A DNA stretch of 64,000 nucleotides from Elusimicrobiaceae bacterium (GTDB lineage Bacteria > Elusimicrobiota > Elusimicrobia > Elusimicrobiales > Elusimicrobiaceae). The DNA lies in contig JAZOAE010000029.1 of NCBI GenBank assembly GCA_045595305.1, positions 35,002-99,001 on the forward strand, in the 5' to 3' direction. How positions within the stretch are numbered: position 1 is the first letter of the stretch; every line of letters starts with the position of its first letter. This document shows positions 36,715-46,524 of this stretch, in pieces. The position numbers were made by a program, and so were the translations under genes. The notes beneath the pieces are model-generated. The model was given only the letters and a program-made list of their open reading frames with translations. It searched no databases and was not told where the DNA came from.

Positions 36715-39700
36715 ATGGCGGAATTTGTACAACTTCACAACCACAGTGACTATTCCCTCTTAGATGGAATGCTCCGCATTTCTGAAAACCATAAGCCTTC
36801 TCAATTTTTACGCGGGTTGGCTCAACAGGGGATCAAGGCTATGGGCCTTACTGATCACGGCAATATGTATGGAGCTCTCGATTTTTATGAATCTGCCAGC
36901 GCCGTGGGCCTTAAACCATTAGTAGGATGCGAATTCTATGTCACTGAAGGAAAATACAATGTTAAGGATAAATCGCTGACCGGACATTTAACCTTGCTTG
37001 CGCGTAATCACGAAGGATACCTCAATTTAATGAAGTTAAATTCGTTGGCGTGGGTAGACGGATTTTATTACCATCCGCGCATCGATACAGAACTGTTAGC
37101 GAAATATTCCGGCGGACTTTTGTGCCTATCGGGTTGTTTGAAGGGGCTGTTATCCCAGTATGTGCGTAGCGTGAACGGTTTTGATAAAGCGTGTGCGTTT
37201 GCTAAGCAATATGAAGATATTTTTGGAAAAGGGAATTATTACATTGAGTTGATGGATCATGGCATTCGCGAAGAAATCGAAGCCATTCCGCTGTTAAAGG
37301 ATGTTGCCAAACGTACTGGCATTCCTGTGGTAGCCACCAACGACTGCCACTACGAAAAAAAGGAAGATTGGGAAGCACACGATGTGCATGTTTGTATTGC
37401 TACAGGAAAAACACTGAGCGACCCCAACCGTATGAAAATGTCGCATGAATTGTATTTCAAGTCGCCCCAAGAAATGTGCGATCTCTTTTCTCATACTCCT
37501 GAAGCTTGCAAGAATACGCTGGTCATTGCCGAAAAGTGCGATTTACAATTCCCCAAACATGGTTTTATTTTACCTAAATTTGATATTCCGCCCCAATTTG
37601 CCAATTCTGCCGAATACTTTAAAGACCTATGCCGCAAAGGGCTTACGAAAAAAATGCATGGCAATGTACCCGAAAACTATTGGCAGCAATTAGAATATGA
37701 ATTTAACGTCATTATCACAATGGGGTTTGACTGTTACTTCTTAATTGTGAGCGATTTTATCAATTGGGCTCGTGCACATGATATCCCAATAGGTCCGGGA
37801 CGCGGATCCGGCGCGGGATCTTTAGTGGCGTACAGCCTGGATATTACACGTATTGACCCTATTCAAAATAAACTCCTTTTTGAGCGTTTTTTAAACCCAG
37901 ACCGCATTAGTATGCCCGACTTAGATATTGATATGTCAGACGCCGGGCGCGAGCGGGTCATTGACTATGTACGTAGCAAGTACGGGGCAGACCGCGTTTC
38001 ACAAATTATTACATTTGGAACAATGAAAGCGAAACTGGTGCTCAAAGATGTGGCACGCGCCTTGGATATGCCTCTAGCGGAAGCTAACCGTATTACTAAA
38101 ATGATTCCCAACGATCCCAAGATGACGCTTGAAAAGGCGTTGGAAATCAATGAGTTGAAAACTACTATTGATACCAATCCGCAAGCCAAACGACTCTACG
38201 ATATGGCTTGTAAGCTAGAAGGCTTAAAGCGTCATACAGGAATTCACGCGGCGGGCGTGCTCATCACACGCGATCCAGTCAGCGAATATGTACCGCTAGC
38301 ACGCGGAGCTAAAGAATCTATTACCACACAATTTGAGGGAGAACCCTGTTCTAACTTGGGGCTTTTAAAGATGGATTTTTTGGGACTGCGCACCTTAACA
38401 GTAATTGATAACGCCGAGAAGATGATTCGCCAGCGTCATGATCCAAATTTTGATATTAATCAAATCCCGTTAGACGACAAGAAAACTTACGAAATGCTTT
38501 CTGCTTGCAAGACGCTGGGTATTTTTCAGTTGGAAAGCGGGGGCATGCGAGACCTAATTAAAAAAATTCAACCCAGTCAGTTTAGTGATTTATCCGCATT
38601 AGTAGCATTGTATCGACCGGGGCCCATGGAATCAGGCATGATGGATATGTTTGTGCGCCGTAAAAACGGACAAGAAAAAATCACGTACGAAACCCCGCTA
38701 TTGGAAGAAGTACTAAAAGATACATATGGCTGTATGGTTTATCAGGAACAGATCATGCAGATTTCCAAACTTCTGGGAGGCTTTACACCCGGTGAAGCCG
38801 ATACGTTGCGTAAAGCCATGGGAAAAAAGAAAATTGAAGTAATGGAAAAATTCGGCAAAAAATTTATCGAAGGATGCAAAACCAACAAAATTCCTGAAAG
38901 GACCGCTACGCATATTTACGAACAAATGAAAGCATTTGCCGGCTATGGGTTTAATAAATCTCACTCTTATGCTTATGCAATGGTTACGTATCAAACGGCC
39001 TATTTAAAGGCCAATTACCCTATTGAATTTATGTGTTCGTTGCTAACCAACGAAATCGGACATAATGCAATCGGCGCCGAAGACAAAGAGAACAAAATTG
39101 TTACTTATTTGGAAGAAGCCCGCAAAATGGGTTTTGAAACGTTGCCCCCAGATGTGAATAAATCTCAACCGGAATTTTGTGTAGAAAAAGTAGGCAACAA
39201 AGAATACATCCGCTACGCATTAGAAGCCATTAAAAATGCTGGTACGGAAGGATGCATTTCGATTGTCAAAGAACGTGAAAAAGATGGATTGTATACTTCC
39301 CTTGAAGATTTATGTAATCGCATTGATTTATTCCAGGCCAATAAAAAAACCATCGAAAGTTTGGCCAAAGCCGGAGCATTGGATAGTTTGCGTCCGGGAC
39401 AGGATCCCAAAATTACGCGTGCTAACATCTTAGCTAACATAGATAATGCGGTTGATACCGCGCACATGGTGGCTAAAGAGAAAGAAAACAATATGGGCAA
39501 TCTGTTCGGGGAGGATTTTTCCAGTGTGCTTAGCGTCAAGAAAAAAGATCCTGTCAAAGCGCGTCCGCTTACACAAAGAGAATTATTATTTAATGAAAAA
39601 GAAGTACTGGGATTATTCTTTAGTGGACATCCGATGGCTAAATATCAGAATAATTTGTCTTGTTTGAAATGCACTCCCATTATTGATATTTTAGAAGGTA

Positions 39701-40206
39701 AAGCAAGTGGACGCTTAAACGTGCTGGGCATTATTACGTTATTTAAAAAACGCCAGAACAAGCAAAAAAAAGAGTGGTGTCAGCTAGTCATTGAAGACTG
39801 CACCGGTTCTATTTCAGTTAACTGTTTTGCCAGTGCATATGAGACGATGGCCGATAAACTTGCCCCTAATGCTATTTTGAATTTCACGGGTGATGTGAAA
39901 GTGGATGATGAAAGTGCGCGGGTAGAGCTTAATTTGAAAGAGGTAAGCGATATTACAGAACTTATTGCCTCAGCGGCCGAAGAATTTACGATCCGTATTC
40001 CGGTTGATTACCCTAAATTTGGTTTGGAGAAATTAAAACATTTCTTGGATATGACCAAAGGGACTACCGTCGTGTATTTAGAAGTTCCCTCTAAAGAAGA
40101 CCCACAAAAAATTCACCGCATCCGCACTAACAAGCGTATCCTGCTTCACAAAGGACTTTTGGAGTACATTGAGAACACAATGGGTAACGCTTGGAGTTTC
40201 AAATAG
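36715..40206 (+). CDS. dnaE: DNA polymerase III alpha subunit
   Basis: PHP HNHSDYSLLDG, GPGRGSGAGSLVAY, FERFLNPDR.SMPDLDID, LLKMDFLGLRTL, YGFNKSHS. Confidence 0.98.
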   Translation: MAEFVQLHNHSDYSLLDGMLRISENHKPSQFLRGLAQQGIKAMGLTDHGNMYGALDFYESASAVGLKPLVGCEFYVTEGKYNVKDKSLTGHLTLLARNHEGYLNLMKLNSLAWVDGFYYHPRIDTELLAKYSGGLLCLSGCLKGLLSQYVRSVNGFDKACAFAKQYEDIFGKGNYYIELMDHGIREEIEAIPLLKDVAKRTGIPVVATNDCHYEKKEDWEAHDVHVCIATGKTLSDPNRMKMSHELYFKSPQEMCDLFSHTPEACKNTLVIAEKCDLQFPKHGFILPKFDIPPQFANSAEYFKDLCRKGLTKKMHGNVPENYWQQLEYEFNVIITMGFDCYFLIVSDFINWARAHDIPIGPGRGSGAGSLVAYSLDITRIDPIQNKLLFERFLNPDRISMPDLDIDMSDAGRERVIDYVRSKYGADRVSQIITFGTMKAKLVLKDVARALDMPLAEANRITKMIPNDPKMTLEKALEINELKTTIDTNPQAKRLYDMACKLEGLKRHTGIHAAGVLITRDPVSEYVPLARGAKESITTQFEGEPCSNLGLLKMDFLGLRTLTVIDNAEKMIRQRHDPNFDINQIPLDDKKTYEMLSACKTLGIFQLESGGMRDLIKKIQPSQFSDLSALVALYRPGPMESGMMDMFVRRKNGQEKITYETPLLEEVLKDTYGCMVYQEQIMQISKLLGGFTPGEADTLRKAMGKKKIEVMEKFGKKFIEGCKTNKIPERTATHIYEQMKAFAGYGFNKSHSYAYAMVTYQTAYLKANYPIEFMCSLLTNEIGHNAIGAEDKENKIVTYLEEARKMGFETLPPDVNKSQPEFCVEKVGNKEYIRYALEAIKNAGTEGCISIVKEREKDGLYTSLEDLCNRIDLFQANKKTIESLAKAGALDSLRPGQDPKITRANILANIDNAVDTAHMVAKEKENNMGNLFGEDFSSVLSVKKKDPVKARPLTQRELLFNEKEVLGLFFSGHPMAKYQNNLSCLKCTPIIDILEGKASGRLNVLGIITLFKKRQNKQKKEWCQLVIEDCTGSISVNCFASAYETMADKLAPNAILNFTGDVKVDDESARVELNLKEVSDITELIASAAEEFTIRIPVDYPKFGLEKLKHFLDMTKGTTVVYLEVPSKEDPQKIHRIRTNKRILLHKGLLEYIENTMGNAWSFK

Positions 40207-40214
40207 ACAACAAT

Positions 40215-40733
40215 TTACTGAAACTCAGTAGATTTTGTTCCACCGTAATAAGAATATCCAAGGTTGGCTTTGATCAGTTCTTTGGCTAAATTTTTGCCTT
40301 CGCCGTTGGTTACATCACACAACAAGCGAAAATATTTATCCCGGCCGCAATTGCTTAAACGAATAGGCTCTTTCTCCAGAAATTTTTTAGTGAATTCCTT
40401 TGCTTGTTGGGCTAATTCTTTTTCGCGCGCGGTTTGGCCTTTAATTTCCGGGGTATCTACACCTAGTACACGCACAGGCACTTTTTCGCAATATACTGCT
40501 AGCGAACAATTTAAATTGATCTTAAATGTATCTCCATCATATATGGACGCGATAGAGACATTTTCAAAACTATCCGGGGTAGGAGTATTCTTATCTTGTG
40601 TGAGCGGCTTTCCGTACTGTTGCATGAAATACAAAATAACAGCAATAATGAGCGAAGTCCAAAATTTAATTTGTTTTTTGGAACGGCGGGTGCCAGCATA
40701 GTACCGAGAGGAATTTCTTCTTCTATAGGCCAT
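40215..40733 (-). CDS. Thermonuclease (staphylococcal nuclease-like), membrane anchored
   Basis: IYDGDTF, VRVLGVDTPE, GRDKYFRLL, LIKANLG. Confidence 0.9.
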   Translation of the reverse strand: MAYRRRNSSRYYAGTRRSKKQIKFWTSLIIAVILYFMQQYGKPLTQDKNTPTPDSFENVSIASIYDGDTFKINLNCSLAVYCEKVPVRVLGVDTPEIKGQTAREKELAQQAKEFTKKFLEKEPIRLSNCGRDKYFRLLCDVTNGEGKNLAKELIKANLGYSYYGGTKSTEFQ

Positions 40734-40734
40734 A

Positions 40735-41610
40735 TTACGGTATCAATAAACGCAGTGCATGCCGCGCTACTTTAATTTCAAGCCGATGAGGTGTTCTGCG
40801 CGGTTCCCCATCGATGTGGTATAAGATTTCTTGTTCACTTTCTACCAGGGCATTATGTAACTGCGCCCAAGCTGTTACCCCGAAGGGGGGCTTCTTTCCC
40901 AAGAAGAAGAAAGGCAATGCGATCAGCAGCTTAAATTTAGCTACATTCTGTACAAGTATCATATCCAATTTTCCATCAGCAATTCCTGCTTGCGGAGCAA
41001 TGACAAAATTACTGCCGTATTGACGGTTATTAGCAAATACCAACGAAAGAGGCGCCCACAGGTGAGGTTGTCCGTTTAAGGTCACTTGTAAAATATTAGG
41101 TTTGTAGGATAATAATATTTTAGCACCCAGTTTGAAATATGGCATCATGCCGCGTTCGCCACCTTTTTTGCCATGTTCCATAAATTTCCACGCGATGGCC
41201 GCCTCAACACCTACGCCGGCAAGATTTAAGAAGAGTTCCCCGTTAGCATATCCCACATCACAGGGTTGCTGAGTGGCCTTCTTGAGCTTTGCAAGCGTTT
41301 TGTGAAAGGGGCCCATTAACCCTAATTCACGCGCGAAACCGTTTCCGCTACCATGCGGAATAATTCCCAGTGCTGTTTGTGTATTTACAAGAGCTTGTGC
41401 AACTTCGTTAATGGTTCCATCCCCCCCGATAGCTACCACTACATCAAAATGTTGTTCCACAGCTTCTTTGGCCAACTCTGTAGCATGTTTGGGAGCATTA
41501 GTTACACAAAAATCGGCTTCCGGATATTGTGCAAGTATATTCGCTTGGATATATTTTACATTGGCAGGTTCTTTCCCGCTTATTGGGTTCAAGATAAAAC
41601 GTATTTTCAT
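40735..41610 (-). CDS. Diacylglycerol/lipid kinase family (YegS/BmrU-like)
   Basis: ILNPISG, IGGDGTINEV, GIIPHGSGNGFAREL, DGKLD, HIDGE. Confidence 0.92.
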   Translation of the reverse strand: MKIRFILNPISGKEPANVKYIQANILAQYPEADFCVTNAPKHATELAKEAVEQHFDVVVAIGGDGTINEVAQALVNTQTALGIIPHGSGNGFARELGLMGPFHKTLAKLKKATQQPCDVGYANGELFLNLAGVGVEAAIAWKFMEHGKKGGERGMMPYFKLGAKILLSYKPNILQVTLNGQPHLWAPLSLVFANNRQYGSNFVIAPQAGIADGKLDMILVQNVAKFKLLIALPFFFLGKKPPFGVTAWAQLHNALVESEQEILYHIDGEPRRTPHRLEIKVARHALRLLIP

Positions 41611-41954
41611 AATTTTTTAAGCACTTCCTGTGTAAGATTTTCTTTTTTAAGTTGTTCCAGGGCATCGTAAATTCGTTCATTTTTAAGAAGCTGCACTCCA
41701 AGGGAAGCAATCTTCCCACCTGTAGACATTACAAAAAGCATGAATACTGCAAACAACCCCATATTGGCCAACACGCTGGTTGTTTCCATGGGGATATTCA
41801 TCAACCCCGCTTGCGTCTGCACGGTTAAATCCGCGAAATGCACAATAGCCAACACTTCTTCTCCGCGAATAAAGACCTTATACATACCACTTAGGGCAAA
41901 CAAAATAATCAAAAGCCCTGTGCACAATAATAGGTAGCTCAAGATTTTATGCAT
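41607..41954 (-). CDS. Small two-TM hypothetical membrane protein
   Basis: GGAGG RBS before ATG 41954 (MHKILSYLL); its stop overlaps the start of the lipid kinase gene. Confidence 0.7.
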   Translation of the reverse strand: MHKILSYLLLCTGLLIILFALSGMYKVFIRGEEVLAIVHFADLTVQTQAGLMNIPMETTSVLANMGLFAVFMLFVMSTGGKIASLGVQLLKNERIYDALEQLKKENLTQEVLKKL

Positions 41955-42026
41955 AAATCCTCCCCCCACAGGCGCGTGCATATATGTAGTATAATATATT
42001 ATAACCTTTTTACCAGGAATTTTGAT

Positions 42027-44630
42027 ATGAAAACTAGCACGCAAATCCGCAATGGATACTTAGAATTCTTTAAATCGAAGGGGCTGCCCATATTGCCATC
42101 CAGCTCGTTAATTCCACATTCTGACCCAACTTTACTATTCACTTCTGCAGGGATGGTACAATTCAAGGCTAACTTCTTGGGAATTGATAATTCCCTCAAA
42201 AATGCGGCCACTTGTCAAAAATGCGTACGTACTACCGACATCGACAGCGTAGGTTTTACCGAGCGGCATCTCACGTTTTTTGAAATGCTGGGAAACTTTT
42301 CGTTTGGGGATTATTTTAAAAAAGAAGCCATTTCCTGGGCGTGGGAATATTTAACAAAAGTGCTAGGCTTGCCAGCCGAAAGACTTTACGTCAGCATTTA
42401 CAAGGGGGGTATTGCGCAGCGCGATGCCGAAGCTTACGAGATTTGGAAACAATTTGTCCCCGAAGATCACATTTTCGAATTAGGCGAAGCGGATAATTTT
42501 TGGACTATGGGCCCTACCGGCCCCTGCGGCCCCTGCTCGGAGATTTATTATGATTTTGGCGACAAAGGTTGCAAAAATCCACATTGTGATATTACGTGTG
42601 AGTGCGGACGCTTTGTAGAAATTTGGAACATTGTATTTGAAAGTTATAACCGTCAGGAAGACGGTACATTTAAGACTCTGCCACACAATAACATTGATAC
42701 GGGCATGGGGCTTGAGCGCCTTTGTATGGCAATGCAAGGGGCCAAAAACGTATTCGAAACAGATTTATTCACTCCGCTTACCACTCAGGCCAAAAAAGAT
42801 TTGCACATTGAGGGAAACACACGCGAGGAAGTAGCTGCTTTACGCATTATTGCGGACCATGTACGCAGCTCCAGTTTCTTAATTGCGGAAGGCATTTTGC
42901 CTTCTAATGAAGGACGCGGCTATATTTTACGTCGCTTAATCCGCCGTGCTGTGCGTTATGCCAAACTTATGGGGAGTGATAAACCCTATCTCTATACACT
43001 AGTGCCTGTCGTGCAACAAATTTTTGCTGGATTGTATCCTGAAATTGACAAAAATGCAACGCATATCCAAAATGTGCTTAAGCAAGAAGAAAAAGCCTTC
43101 CGCAAAACGCTGGTAACCGGGGAAGAAAAACTTTCCGAACTCCTGGCCAGCGGTGCCAAAACCATTAGCGGAGAAGATGCTTTTCATTTGCATGAAACGT
43201 ATGGTTTCCCATTAGAACTTACCAAAGAGATTGCTGCTGCGAAAAGTGTAAACGTAGATGAAAAGGGATACGAGGCAGCCAAAGCGGCCGCGCAAGAAAA
43301 AAGCCGCTCGTACGCAGATGAATTTAGCAAAGAGAAAGTAATTGTGATGCAAAAATTGGAAAACACCCTGCCCGCTACGCAGTTTGTGGGGTACGATACG
43401 CTTACGCACACGGCGCATGTGCTTGCTTTGTTAAATGAAAAATTTGAACTAGTGGACACGTTAAACGGCAACGGATATGCGGTATTTGATATTACACCTT
43501 TTTATGCCGAGTCCGGCGGACAAATCGGGGATCAAGGAACTGTTTTAATAGATGAAAAAGAAATTGCTCACATCACAGATGTGCAAAAGCCTTTAGGAAA
43601 AATTTTCCTGCATACGTTAAACGGGACACTTTGTAAAGGGGATAGCGTGACCTTGCAAGTCAACGCTGATTTGCGCAAACGTACCATGGCCAATCATAGT
43701 GCTATTCACTTAATTAATGCCGCTTTGCGCCAAGTATTTGGCACAACCGTACATCAAAGCGGTTCCTACGTATCGCCGGAACGTTTCCGTTTTGACTATA
43801 CACTTTCCAAAACGCCCACGGCCGAAGAATTAAACAAAGCCTGGGCCATTGCCAACAAAGCCGCGCAGGATGCGTTACCGGTTACTTGCCAAACGCGTCC
43901 GTTAGCCGATACTGAGAAATTAGGTGCGGTTACGCTCTTAGGTGAGACGTATGCGGATCCGGCCCGCTTTGTGTTAATGGGAGGCAGTTTTGAGCATCCC
44001 GAGCAAAAATACAGTTTGGAACTCTGTGCCGGAACACACGTTAAAAACACAGCCGAAGTAATTACCGTGCTCGTATTAAAAGAGGGATCTGTTTCGGCAG
44101 GGGTGCGCCGTATTGAAGGCGTAGCCGGATATGCGGCCGTAGATTATTTGCAAAATGTTCACACGCAAGCCGTGCAATTGGCAGCGCGGCTGGATGTGCC
44201 AACCAAGGACGTATTTACGCGTGTGAATACAATTATGGACGAGCTCAAAGAGGTCAAAAAGCACTACGAGCAATTCCGCCAAAAAACGCTGGCTGCCGGC
44301 GGTGTAAACGAGATGAGTTTTACACTCAAAAACGGCACGACGGTTATTTTACGCAAGGCCGATGAAGCGCAACCCAAAGAATTACGCAACATTGCCGACA
44401 CGGTCGCGCAAAAACAAAAGCAAGCGTTGGTCATTGTCACGTGTGATCGCGAAGGTAAACGTTCGTTTGTGGTCAAAATGGCAGGCAAGTTGCCCAATAC
44501 AGATGCAGTCACCGTCGCCAAGCAATTAGCCGAAGGCATTAACGGTCGCGCCGGCGGGCGGGCAGATTTTGCCCAAGGTGGCGGCGAAGCTAAAGAGCCG
44601 ATGGAAAACCTACTGGCTGCATTGCATTAG
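42027..44630 (+). CDS. alaS: Alanyl-tRNA synthetase
   Basis: DPTLLFTSAGMVQFK, TFFEMLGNFSFGDYFK, IDTGMGLER, editing HSAIH and ELCAGTH, GGRADFAQGG. Start moved to MKTSTQIR. Confidence 0.98.
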   Translation: MKTSTQIRNGYLEFFKSKGLPILPSSSLIPHSDPTLLFTSAGMVQFKANFLGIDNSLKNAATCQKCVRTTDIDSVGFTERHLTFFEMLGNFSFGDYFKKEAISWAWEYLTKVLGLPAERLYVSIYKGGIAQRDAEAYEIWKQFVPEDHIFELGEADNFWTMGPTGPCGPCSEIYYDFGDKGCKNPHCDITCECGRFVEIWNIVFESYNRQEDGTFKTLPHNNIDTGMGLERLCMAMQGAKNVFETDLFTPLTTQAKKDLHIEGNTREEVAALRIIADHVRSSSFLIAEGILPSNEGRGYILRRLIRRAVRYAKLMGSDKPYLYTLVPVVQQIFAGLYPEIDKNATHIQNVLKQEEKAFRKTLVTGEEKLSELLASGAKTISGEDAFHLHETYGFPLELTKEIAAAKSVNVDEKGYEAAKAAAQEKSRSYADEFSKEKVIVMQKLENTLPATQFVGYDTLTHTAHVLALLNEKFELVDTLNGNGYAVFDITPFYAESGGQIGDQGTVLIDEKEIAHITDVQKPLGKIFLHTLNGTLCKGDSVTLQVNADLRKRTMANHSAIHLINAALRQVFGTTVHQSGSYVSPERFRFDYTLSKTPTAEELNKAWAIANKAAQDALPVTCQTRPLADTEKLGAVTLLGETYADPARFVLMGGSFEHPEQKYSLELCAGTHVKNTAEVITVLVLKEGSVSAGVRRIEGVAGYAAVDYLQNVHTQAVQLAARLDVPTKDVFTRVNTIMDELKEVKKHYEQFRQKTLAAGGVNEMSFTLKNGTTVILRKADEAQPKELRNIADTVAQKQKQALVIVTCDREGKRSFVVKMAGKLPNTDAVTVAKQLAEGINGRAGGRADFAQGGGEAKEPMENLLAALH

Positions 44631-44732
44631 CCAATTTGAAACCTTACAACCGTATGTTAAAAACGTACGCTTTTTTGTTATAATTACTATTGACGTTCCA
44701 GATCTGTTAAGTCCGGATGACGAGGAAAACAC

Positions 44733-46394
44733 ATGAAAAAACATACAGGTTTTACACTCATAGAAGTATTGGTAGTTGTACTTATCATCGGCGTATTAAC
44801 CGCCATTGCTGTTCCGCAATACCAAAAAGCCGTACTCAAAAGCCGCTTTAGCAGTTTACTACCCACCACCAAAGCCGTTCGCGATGGCAACGAGGCCTAT
44901 TACATGACACACGGCAGATATGCCCGCCTGCTAAGTGATTTGGACGTAACCGCTACAAACAATAGGGATATGGAACTGGTGCTGGATAATGATTCGGACT
45001 ATTCCCATGTATTAGCTACGAGAACCGATTTAAACGGAAAAAATAATCTTGTGATGTATCAACGGCACAGTGTAAACTTTCCAGGGGAAATACATTGTGA
45101 AGCCTTAGCAGAGGATACACGTGCCAACTGGCTTTGCGAAACGGGAATGCATTCTGTGAAAAGCCTAGGAGAAGTAATCTCTGAAGGATATAACACGTAT
45201 GTAATCGAAGGGACAGGAAATGGGTTAACCCCCGCACAAATGGATGCAGCCAATGCTCCCAGCTGTGATAAGGCGCTTTCTATGGGAGCCACGTGCAGCA
45301 TAACAGAAGACCCGAACACGCACAAACAGACAAAACAGGTCTGTTACAACACGCAAGAGGAACAAGATTATTGCGTTACTATAGAGTTTGATGAAAATAA
45401 TAAGCAAACAAAGCGTGTTACCTGCCTTGAGAATTCATGTGTTGAAGAAACGTATGATGAAAATGGGAAAACCTCTCATAAATATTGCTCCGAAGAAAAT
45501 AGAAGTGAGGATGGAAAATCGTGCGATAGATATGATGAAATAGCAGACTATGTTTATGACGAGGACGGAAATAAAATTTTTGAAGGGTATTGTGATGTGG
45601 AGAGTATGAGCGAAGGTGGACAATCTTGCGATGGTTACTACTCTATAGCCGAATACGAATATGATACGGATGGCAATATCACCTCGGATAAATGGTGCGA
45701 CATAGCCAACATGGATGAGAATGGAAGATCGTGTCTAGGGTATGATGGCATAGGTGACTACAAATACGATGCCTCCGGGAATATGACTTTTGCCGGTTGG
45801 TGTGAGGTCGACGATATAAGTGAAGACGGCCAATCTTGCGCAAGGTATGCGGGTATAGACGAGTATGAATACGATGCGGCTGGGAACCAGACCTCGTACA
45901 AAAATTGCGGTGCAGATAGTATGAGTGAGGACGGAAAGACTTGTGATAGCTATGAATTCATCACTAACCATAGATACGATTCCGTTGAAAACAAGGCCTA
46001 TGATGCAACGTGTTACATCAGTGAAGACGGGCAGTCTTGTGATGGGTATTGGGGCATATCTGAAACTCACTATGATTCTGCCGGGAATATAATTTCTCAA
46101 AGGGGTTGTAACGCAGAGAATATTAACCAAGATACTATGTCCTGTGACAGATATGACACAATACAGGACTATCGATATAATGAAGGGGGCCATCTAATCT
46201 TTGAGGGGGATTGTTACGGTAGCAACCTGAGCGAAGATGGCCGAAGTTGTGAACAATATGGTCGTCACATGGAAGATAACCGAGAGTATACAGATATATA
46301 CGACGAAGATGGGAATATGATTTACTACTGTGTTTGGAATTTGGAACATACAGAATGTACCCCACAATATACCTGGGATAATCTGATGTTTTAA
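44733..46394 (+). CDS. Type IV pilin-like protein with a long C-terminal Cys/YD-like repeat domain
   Basis: G|FTLIEVLVVVLIIG...PQYQKAVLKSR N-terminus, followed by about 8 repeats of C-x11-C-x2-Y-x2-I-x2-Y-x-YD-x2-GN. Confidence 0.85.
   Translation: MKKHTGFTLIEVLVVVLIIGVLTAIAVPQYQKAVLKSRFSSLLPTTKAVRDGNEAYYMTHGRYARLLSDLDVTATNNRDMELVLDNDSDYSHVLATRTDLNGKNNLVMYQRHSVNFPGEIHCEALAEDTRANWLCETGMHSVKSLGEVISEGYNTYVIEGTGNGLTPAQMDAANAPSCDKALSMGATCSITEDPNTHKQTKQVCYNTQEEQDYCVTIEFDENNKQTKRVTCLENSCVEETYDENGKTSHKYCSEENRSEDGKSCDRYDEIADYVYDEDGNKIFEGYCDVESMSEGGQSCDGYYSIAEYEYDTDGNITSDKWCDIANMDENGRSCLGYDGIGDYKYDASGNMTFAGWCEVDDISEDGQSCARYAGIDEYEYDAAGNQTSYKNCGADSMSEDGKTCDSYEFITNHRYDSVENKAYDATCYISEDGQSCDGYWGISETHYDSAGNIISQRGCNAENINQDTMSCDRYDTIQDYRYNEGGHLIFEGDCYGSNLSEDGRSCEQYGRHMEDNREYTDIYDEDGNMIYYCVWNLEHTECTPQYTWDNLMF
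45483..46330 (+). repeat. About 8 diverged 35-aa (105-bp) coding repeats
   Basis: For example YCSEENRSEDGKSCDRYDEIADYVYDEDGNKIFEG / YCDVESMSEGGQSCDGYYSIAEYEYDTDGNITSDK / WCDIANMDENGRSCLGYDGIGDYKYDASGNMTFAG. Confidence 0.9.
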
Positions 46395-46449
46395 CGGAAA
46401 AATTACGATTTCCTAATTATGGCACCCCCTAGTGCCTATACAAAAAATA

Positions 46450-46487
46450 CCCGCCCTTTTACTCCAAGTTTAAGGGCGGGCCTTTTT
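46450..46487 (+). terminator. Terminator after the pilin-repeat gene
   Basis: cccgccctt...aagggcggg followed by ccttttt. Confidence 0.65.
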
Positions 46488-46524
46488 AAGTGTGTTTGCT
46501 TAAATATGCTACAATGTTACTGCT

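Noticed and set aside
44631-44732. Distal att site closing a tRNA-Ala island
   Set aside because: No GGTGGACC or tRNA-Ala 3'-end copy seen between alaS and the pilin-repeat gene.
45735-46365. Antisense ORFs within the pilin-repeat gene
   Set aside because: Shadow ORFs on the opposite strand with no recognisable motif or RBS.
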